DNA of 64,000 bases from Octopus vulgaris. Taxonomy: Eukaryota. The notes under the pieces were generated by a model that did not search any database, was not told the DNA's origin, and saw only the letters and a program-made list of their open reading frames with translations. The stretch spans positions 8,990,001 to 9,054,000 of the forward strand of contig OX597823.1 in the NCBI GenBank assembly GCA_951406725.2, in the 5' to 3' direction. The stretch's first letter is position 1. Every line of letters begins with the position of its first letter. This document shows, one piece after another, positions 55,270 through 64,000 of this stretch. The position numbers and the translations under genes are program-made.

Positions 55270-55580
55270 TTGGTGAAGCAGCAGAAGACAGAAGAGCAGG
55301 GGACGATGAGTTACACAGCCCGGAACAAATGGCGTGCGCTCAGAAGTGCCCCACGATAATGACTGTTATGGCATTACCGAGGAGAATGGCTAGCGACACT
55401 CGCTGCTTTTGCCACTCGACCTCGCGGAGCTCATTTCTCGGACTGGCCGCTGTGATCCAGATACCGAAGAGGAAGTCATTTGCACGAAGTCTGAGAATAC
55501 TTAACGCCGCGACGGCGAACGACACAAACTGATGGCGGCCGGTCAGGCCGCTGTATTTATTGATTTCTCTCTCCTCAGTG
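55270..55580 (-). mobile_element. CRE-like RLE non-LTR retrotransposon C-terminal fragment
   Basis: EEREINKYSGL...FVSFAVAALS...QRVSLAILLGNA resembles the K.KY...F.PFAVET.G...QRISIAIQRGNA end of CRE elements. Confidence 0.6.
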
Positions 55581-55723
55581 TTGAATGCTCGAAATGAGGA
55601 GCAGATAGACAGCCGACAACTAATGAAGGATCGTTTATCTGTGTTTACTTCTCCTGTTTTCCATTTTTTCTTGTTTACGTATTTCATGTTGTTTACGCAG
55701 TTGGTGACGCCCTGTATCCATAT

Positions 55724-56149
55724 ACTCTTACTCTTTACTCTCTTACTCTTTTACTTGTTTCAGTCATTTGACTGCGGCCATGCTGGAGCACCGCCTTTAG
55801 TCGAGCAAATCGACCCCGGCACTTATTCTTTGTAAGCCCAGTACTTATTATATCGGTCTCTTTTGCCGAACCGCTAAGTGACGGGGACGTAAACACACCA
55901 GCATCGGTTGTCAAGCAATGCTAGGGGGACAAACACAGGCACACAAACACACACACACATATACATATATATATATACATATATACGACAGGCTTCTTTC
56001 AGTTTCTGTCTACCAAATCCACTCACAAGGCTTTGGTCAGCCCGGGGCTACAGCAGAAGACACTTGCCCAAGATGCCACACAGTGGGACTGAACCCGGAA
56101 CCATGTGGTTGGTAAACAAGCTACTTACCACACAGCCACTCCTGCGCCT
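55724..56149 (-). mobile_element. SINE family A, full length
   Basis: Colinear reverse complement of family A. Confidence 0.85.
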
Positions 56150-57199
56150 ATATATGCATATATATTAATTATTATTATTATTATTTAATTGAACGCCACG
56201 CATCCATTTCCAAATAAGTATATTTTCCCCTTTTCGGTGCGACTCTACTCTATACTATTTTCGTCCTCCATCCTTCTCTCTTTCCTTTTTTCTCCCCCTT
56301 CCCCTTTCACTGTTTTCTCTCTGTATCTCTCTCCCCCTCTTCCTCGTTTTTTTCTCTCTCGTTGCTCACACGTAACCATCGTCCATCTTCCCTTTCCTCA
56401 CAGAACTCTCGAATCTGCCACTTGTCTTTCAGCAAAGGTATTACTTTTAGAGGATGTCTAATAGAGGAAGAATTTGACTAAGTTTGAAACATATAGTTTC
56501 GGGACTAGATTAGAATACTTTTAGAAGGCAATACAGCGTGAGTGAGAGAGAGCAAAAGTGTAAATGAGACACGTTGTTTTATAGAGAGAGAAAAAAGAAG
56601 AAAATATATGGGAATATAGAGAACGAGTAAAGAGAATTCAAAAGAAAGATAAGTTGAAGAAAATATGATTAGAAATATAGTGTAGACGCAGGAGACATTA
56701 GAAGACATAAAGAGAAAAAGGAAGTTGTGATATATGAAGTTGTTTGTGTGGGTGATGATGGCGATGTTGATATCTTAGTTATGGTGGTGAGAGGAAGATG
56801 AAGCAGAATATGCAGAGGATGTTGTAGGGTTATTGAAAATATTTGGTAATGTTTCTACTTGCTCTCATCTAAAGAACTGTAGCTTCCGACAGTTCCTTTG
56901 TCAAAGTGTTGTGTTCTTTTTGTTACTTTTGGAGGTGTTGTAGGTGTTATTTTTATATTGTTTATTTGTTTGTTGTAATCATGACTCGAAATGTGCAATG
57001 CTGCATCGTCAGGCTTCTTTGCGTGAATTTTGTTCTTAATATTGTTCTCGGAGAGTATTTTCTTTAACGCGTGCGTTCGTGTGTTTATGTGTGTTGGTAT
57101 GAGTGTGTGTATGTGTGCGAAAGTGTGCATGTGTGTATGTGTGTGTGTGTTTGTGTGCGCGCGTGCGTTTGTGCTGTTATATTTGTTATTGAACATGTT

Positions 57200-58470
57200 G
57201 TTCCTCTAATTATTAAGCTCTGGTTTGAAATCTGTTTGGTAAAATCAGTCCTTTTTAACCTGAGAATCTGTTGTTTTTGTTGTTGGAATCAAGAGATATT
57301 GAGGTCTAACAGCGTGTGATATTCCAATTTTATTTAGTATCGTTTGATCTTGTGCTGTGTAGTGTCTCGTACAGTGGAATTGTGTTGCAAAAGTAATATA
57401 GAGGATATGTTGTATAGTCATATATACAATGACAAGAACTTGTCATTGCTGTCGTTGATGGTTAACCCATATGAGCGCCAATCAACCAAACATGTGGTGA
57501 AGCGTATTCTAGCAGTGACAAACCCCGTCTTTACAGACATAACCTATTTTACGCAACATTAACCAATATTTCTCTTTCAGTTTCCTGAAAAGGTGTAGGG
57601 TCTCATGTGAAAAATTTCCTATCTGTCGCAATCCATACGGAAACCTTAAAGCTGTTACACTATGTGGATTCTATTGAGTGTGGAGGCGCAATGGCCCAGG
57701 GGTTAGGGCAGCGGACTCGCGGTCATAGGATTGCGTTTTCGATTCCCAGACCGGGCGTTGTGAGTATTTATTGAGCGAAAACACCTAAAAGCTCCACGAG
57801 CCTCCGGCACGGGATGGTGGTGATCCCTGCTGTACTCTTTCACCACAACTTTCTCTCACTCTTACTTCCTGTTTGTGTTGTACCTGTATTTCAAGGGGCC
57901 GGCCTTGTCACTCTCTGTGTCACGCTGAATATCCCCGAGAACTACGTTAAGGGTGCTCATGTCTGCGGAGTGCTCAGCCACTTACACGTTAATTTCACGA
58001 GCAGGCTGTTCCGTTGATTCGGATCAACCGGAACCCTCATCGTCGTAACCGACGGAGTGCTTCCAGGATTCTATTGTTAACTTGCTCGAGAGAATCACTA
58101 TCAGATGTGTTTCATCGTTGATCATCCCGTCTTTTTAACAGCAGCTACGTTTAAATTATCCACTGCATCCATTCAAGATATAGGAGGATATTATGGAGGA
58201 GATTTGGTAGTTATTTCTAGCTGGTTAACTGACTGCATTGAATCTCTGTGGTTGGTTCGTAAATTACAGTCTTATTATTTTCACATTTTACCGTTCGAGT
58301 TAATGCTCGTAGGGAGAGAATGAAACCAAAATGGTTAAGGAAGTAAGTACTAGTCAGAAAGGTTAACGTGGGCGAAATGAAGTGAACGCAATACATCTCT
58401 AGTAAGCTGCAGTGAGAAGCTGGAATCAATGACTGTAACCCCAGGCTTTTTGATCAAATTTAAGCCGCAA
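57200..58470 (-). mobile_element. Possible highly decayed Penelope-like RT/GIY-YIG remnant, interrupted by SINE C
   Basis: Weak motifs FISPTLTF and KTVIYEPT, plus a YV..TG...RF-like stretch at about 57540. Confidence 0.35.
57680..58065 (+). mobile_element. SINE family C with TSD
   Basis: TSD GGATTCTATTG at 57666 and 58066. Confidence 0.9.
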
Positions 58471-58593
58471 ACTTTTGTCGTCAATTTTGTGAGAAATATA
58501 TATTAACTTATTTTCATTGATTCCTTTGAAAAGAAAAAATACAAAAAGAATTTAAAAAAAAAATATACAGGAATGAAAATAACGCACGCAATT

Positions 58594-58795
58594 TACTCTT
58601 TACCCTTTTACTTGTTTCAGTCATTTGACTGTCGCCATGCTGGAGCACCGCCTTTAGTCGAGCAAATCGACCCCAAGACTTATTCTTTGTAAGCCTAGTA
58701 CTTATTCTATCGGACTCTTTTGCCGAACCGCTAGTTACGGCGACACACCTGCATCGGTTGTCAAGCGATGTTGGGGGACAAATACAGACACACAA

Positions 58796-58860
<65 letters not shown>

Positions 58861-59026
58861 CATATATACGACGGGCTTCTTTCAGTTTCCGTTAAACAAA
58901 TCCGCTCACAAGGCTTTGGTCGGCCTGTAGTAGAAGGTAATTGCCCAAGATGCCACGCAGTTGGACTGAACCCGGAGCCATGTGGTTGGTAAGCAAGCTA
59001 CTTACCACTCAGCCACTCCTAGGCCT
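58594..59026 (-). mobile_element. SINE family A
   Basis: Colinear reverse complement of family A. Confidence 0.8.
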
Positions 59027-59439
59027 ACTTATTGATTTTAAACGCATGCTATGTATTGATTTTCACATACACATATATAGACACACAAGCACAAACAGAA
59101 ACTCACATCCATGAGCGCGCGCGCACACACACAGATACACACACACACATATACACATACGCACACACAGACATGACTGCACGTTCACAGTCGAGCCATA
59201 CACGCACGCACATATACGCCAAATTACAGGGCAAGGAGAGGGCAGCGGCTCTTGATACTAAACTAATCTGTGACCATCAGGGTAAGAGCTTTCAGGTGAT
59301 TGTCTCACGAAACTTGATTTATTTACAAGGTACGACACCCTTTTTCAAACAACTACCGGGGTCAACATTGCCTTTAATCATTTCGGGGTCGATAAATTAA
59401 GTACCACTGAAACACTGCGATCGATGTAATCAGTCACCG

Positions 59440-60870
59440 CCGTCATCCAGGTCAACAAGGACTGCACACTCCAGTGAGGTACCAGACTGGGTCCGAAAAG
59501 TCAGCTACTGGTTCAAATCTTCCAGAAACACAAGAGCTGGAAGTATGCCACAACCGGAATATTCCAACAGATGGCCATCCACGCGCGTCATCAAATAATC
59601 AAAAGAAAAATAATGACAAATGGTCAAGGGAAGATAATACGTTGCCTTTTATCTTCTTGAGGCCGACTAAATAAAGTACCAGTCAAATATCGGGACTGAT
59701 GCTATTAAGGAAGCCTTTTCTCTCGAAATTACCTGCCATGAGCAAAAACCCGAAATCATCAATATTATTAAGAATAAAAAAGCGCAATATTGGTAGTAAA
59801 TTGTTTTGATTATTGTGACAAGAGAAACAGTTGATTGAGCATTACAAAGTTAAATTCCTATAGCATACGTTATTTTACAGACGCCACCATGTGAAGACAG
59901 TCGTGTAAATCAAGTCTTGCCATGAATTTCCCCATAAATAAATCTAATACTAAATGAACCTACCTAAATTGGAGCGAGATGCACCTTGAAGTAAGATATG
60001 ATCGTACGTAGATAGTAACAAACTTGCCAACGTCAGAAGAAATATTATTAAAGAGAAATTGCCTACTGAATTAGAGATTGACCAAATTAAACAATCGATA
60101 AGGGATAAAAGGAACGAAGTTACAGCTAAAGAAGATACTAATGAGGAAATAATTATATCCCAACCCAGGTATGATGAGAGTGCAGTGATAATAGAAACAG
60201 TAAATGTAACAGGTAAGCAAAGTGAATTACTCTCTGAACCAACCATAAACACCAAGGCAGATGAAAATAGATGAAGAAAATCACACAGAAATTGACCAAA
60301 CTGAACTGGATGTCCTAAAAAGTCAAATCATGATTGAATAGCTGAAAATTAAGGAAACCCGTATGCATGAACGTGACATTCTCTCAAAAATCTACAACTC
60401 TAACAATAAAAACCTGATAGTAATTGGATATCATTCTGCTAATGAGGTTGATATTATAGATCTCAATCAAATGTACTATATATCCGCGAGGATCTCAACA
60501 ATTCTGTGGTGAAAATATTAGACAATGACAACATTCCCTCAAAAAAACCTATTTGGCACGAGCGTATTCAATACGAAATTCAATTACTTACTGACATATA
60601 CTGTTTAAACAGCCTTAAGTTTCTGACCAGAATATCAAACTAACAAAAATCAAGCAAAAGGTATCTGCTAAAGCTGCCCCCATAGCACAGTATGAACAGT
60701 GTTATATTCTTTAAAGACAAGAACAAGTTGAAAAATAACCCAAAATATTTTTAGAGGAAGATAGGGAAAATACCAGTTACTATAAAGTCTGTCTCATCAA
60801 GATAAGAAGTACAAAAATTTTGGAATAAAACTTGGTCAGAAGAAAAAACACAATAAAAAGACCCCTAAAA
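59440..60870 (+). mobile_element. Dong/R4-type LINE N-terminal (pre-RT) remnant
   Basis: KWSREDN, SYVDSNKLANVRRNIIKE, KKPIWHERIQ, KIKQKVSAKA, EVQKFWNKTWSEEK. Confidence 0.6.
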
Positions 60871-61329
60871 GCGACAGCTTTAGTCTTATATTTATAGACT
60901 GCCATATTAGTATGACGATAACTATTAATATCCAGTAACGCTGCCGTAATCTCCTTTAGAGAAACTTAGTAATTTTAATATTTCTATTATTGAAAACAAG
61001 TGGATGTATTCCACTGTAACTAGGTAAATAAAATCTTCGAACAGACGGTCAGTAGCGACACCTACTGGTTCTGACTACGCTGCATTGATAAAGGGCAACA
61101 ACCCTGAAACATGTCTGCATATGTCTGACTAGCAAGGTGAAGCGGCTGACCTCTCGAAGGTTCGTGTGTCATATAGCTAGCTAGAGGCGATGGCCTCTTG
61201 GAGCTAATCAGCGACAGCTTTAGTCTTATATTTATAGACTACCATATTAGTATGGCGATAACTATTAATATCCAGTAACGCTGCCGTAATCTCCTTTAGA
61301 GAGACTTAGTAATTTTAATATTTCTATTA
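60871..61329 (+). mobile_element. Retrozyme-like element, 340-nt unit plus about 119-bp terminal redundancy
   Basis: GCGACAGCTTTAGTC...TTTCTATTA at 60871 and 61211 with three substitutions; internal HHR. Confidence 0.8.
61081..61119 (+). ncRNA. Minimal type I hammerhead with U3:A8 core
   Basis: TGCA TTGATAA AGGG-CAACAA-CCCT GAAA CATG TC TGCA. Confidence 0.75.
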
Positions 61330-61934
61330 ATAAATTATAATAATAATGATAATAATGATGATGATGACCATTATCATGATAATAATAATATTAATAATGA
61401 TAATAGGAGATTATTTTCAACTTCATTTCACTAACATTTCACGCAGTCATTCATTCTTCAAATGGAATATTTGATGCCTTATTTGAAGTGCCTTTCATGT
61501 CATCTTGGTTGAACCAAATTATGAAAGATGTAGAAATATCTCAGTGTGTGGCAAAATTAAGAAGACTGCGGTCTATATTATTCTCTTTTTCACTTTCCTT
61601 TTAAATGACATTCTCACGCTGGGTTTGAATGCGGATAAAGCATAAATATACATACAACAAGCTTACATACACAAACATAAAATGTATATACATACATATA
61701 TGCATACATACATACTTACATACACGCATATATACACATACATGCATACATACATACATACATACATACACACATATACATATATGTATACATGTATTTA
61801 TATTATTCTTTATATCTCTCGCTTTATCTCTTTGTCACTCTACACACGCGCGCACACACATTTGTTTTAGATAATATTATACTCACAGAGAGACCCGGCG
61901 TTGCTCGAGATTAAATTGGCATATTATTGTATTG

Positions 61935-62160
61935 TTTTACTTGTTTCAGTCATGTCACTGCGGCCATGCTGTCACACCGCCTTTAGTCGAACATATTGAC
62001 CCCAGGGTTTATTCGTCGTAAGCCTCGTAAACACAGCAAGATCGGTTGTCAAGCGATGGGGGTGGGTACAAACACAAACACACAAATATACGACAGGCTT
62101 CTTTCGGTTTCTTTCTGCCAAATCCACTGACTAGGCTTTGGCCTGCCTTAGGGTATAGTA
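61935..62160 (-). mobile_element. SINE family A, partial and degenerate (Helitron 3' remnant at about 61881-61915)
   Basis: TTTACTTGTTTCAGTCA...CGACAGGCTTCTTTC. Confidence 0.7.
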
Positions 62161-63446
62161 CATATATATATATACAAAGATATATACATATATACATACA
62201 TACCTAAATATGTATATATATATACATATATACAAAGATATGCATATATACATACATATATATATAGAGAGAGAGATATATATTGACACACATACATGTA
62301 TGTATATACTAGTGTACAATGTTGTGGTTTTATAATAACGTGTGTATGTGTGTGTGTGCGTGCATGTGTGTTCATATACACGACCGTGTATTTTCAAGCA
62401 TTCATAGGCAAACAACATCTTGAAGAAATAAGACGTGACATGTCTCAAAAGTGGACTAAATTGTAAATACTTTTAATTTTCCAGTAACTATATTTCTTTA
62501 AGCGAACGATTTGTTTCGAGAGTTAATCAATTTATCACATATAGTCATATTAAATTTTAGCCGGAGTACCCAACATTTGAAAAGTAATATAGTTTCTTAG
62601 CCATTCTTTTTTTTGTAGGTGTTTTCACTAACTCGGCCACCTTTACAAATGATGTACTTTGATTGGCCGCATGCCTTAAAATCTCTTCCCCTTTTTGGAA
62701 AATTTGTATTTATTTCGAAATCTTTCGTTTCATACAATTGTGTTTAAAATGGCCAAGTTTCATAACAATGCACAATTGGGTAATATTATGTCATACATGA
62801 TGCATGTGTAATTACGTTTTGTGAATCCATTCTTATTTGTTCACTTATTTGTACACAAACAGGACACGGACATATACACACACATATATGCATACGCTCA
62901 AATACATACATATCAGTGAATATAAATATTTATGTAAGTATATTGCATAAAGGCCGAAGGGTATCACTGATAAAGAAAGAAAAATGTGAAAGAGGAATGT
63001 GTGGATCACAGATATGCGCGTATCTCTTCACGTGACCCTGATATATATATGGATAAATCAAATCAAGACGGAGGTCAGTACAAATTGCTAAAATATATCG
63101 CAAGTAGAAACTCTCTATCCGAATTAATGTATACATATACACAGAGAAATATGTATGCATATGTGTATGTGTGTGTCTAGGTTTGTATGTATGTATGCAT
63201 ACGTGGAGAATCTATAAGTGATAATCTAGAAGTTTGGAGGTACACACGAGAAATTGAACTAAACAGTCAAAGAGATTATAGATGTATAGTCAGATAGTGT
63301 TTACACCTAATAACAAATCATATATGGATGCATTTATCTACGCATCTATACACGCACGCCCACACAAATATAGTACCCAAACACGCCTATATATGCGTAT
63401 ATATATACAGTACATATATATGTATATATGGATATATATATGTATA

Positions 63447-63547
<101 letters not shown>

Positions 63548-64000
63548 TTATATGTGTGTGTATGTGTACATACATATATGTATATAGACGCATGTGCATT
63601 TACATATATATATATATATATATATATATACGCATGTGTGTGTGTATGTATGAATGCACTTCCATGTGTACCTGTGCATTCATATATATTATATGTACAA
63701 ACAGATACAGTTACGCATCCGCTCACGAACAATTGCGTACACATTTATACATACTCTCCTATATTTTCCATGTGTTTGTGTTTCTGAATGAGTGTGTGCG
63801 AGATATGTGTACACATTTCTACGTATAAACACACACACACACTCACACAACATACACTGGAGGAACTCTGACATTCAAATGTCACTACATAGGAAATAGG
63901 TTCTTTTCTTTTCTTAGTTCTTCTTGTTGTTGTTCTGATTGTTCTGCTTCTTCTTTAATATAGAAGGTTCCCCCCACCCCTTTCACATCCGCATCTAGTT

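Overview
AT-rich, microsatellite-saturated non-coding eukaryotic DNA. Its SINE families point to a coleoid cephalopod, most likely Octopus (inference). I can support no intact host protein-coding gene; almost all long ORFs in the track are (TA)n, (TACA)n, (TTC)n or (TAA)n artefacts. The window is a mosaic of decayed mobile elements: three tRNA-derived SINE families, non-autonomous Helitrons, Tigger and mariner transposons, a Gypsy LTR remnant, CR1, CRE and Dong/R4 LINE fragments, and Penelope-like (GIY-YIG) fragments. The main signal is a set of short, structured, non-coding elements from about seven unrelated families, each carrying a type I hammerhead ribozyme (HHR) fold with a palindromic helix III. 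They occur as partial tandem repeats (units of 365, 486 and 340 nt) and/or inverted fold-backs, several sitting in (TA)n tracts, i.e. retrozyme-like elements probably mobilised by Penelope. Their catalytic cores span canonical C3:G8, compensatory U3:A8 and G3:C8, and U4C variants. One family also has a tRNA-derived Pol III head. All ribozyme calls are from manual base-pairing; none is tested.
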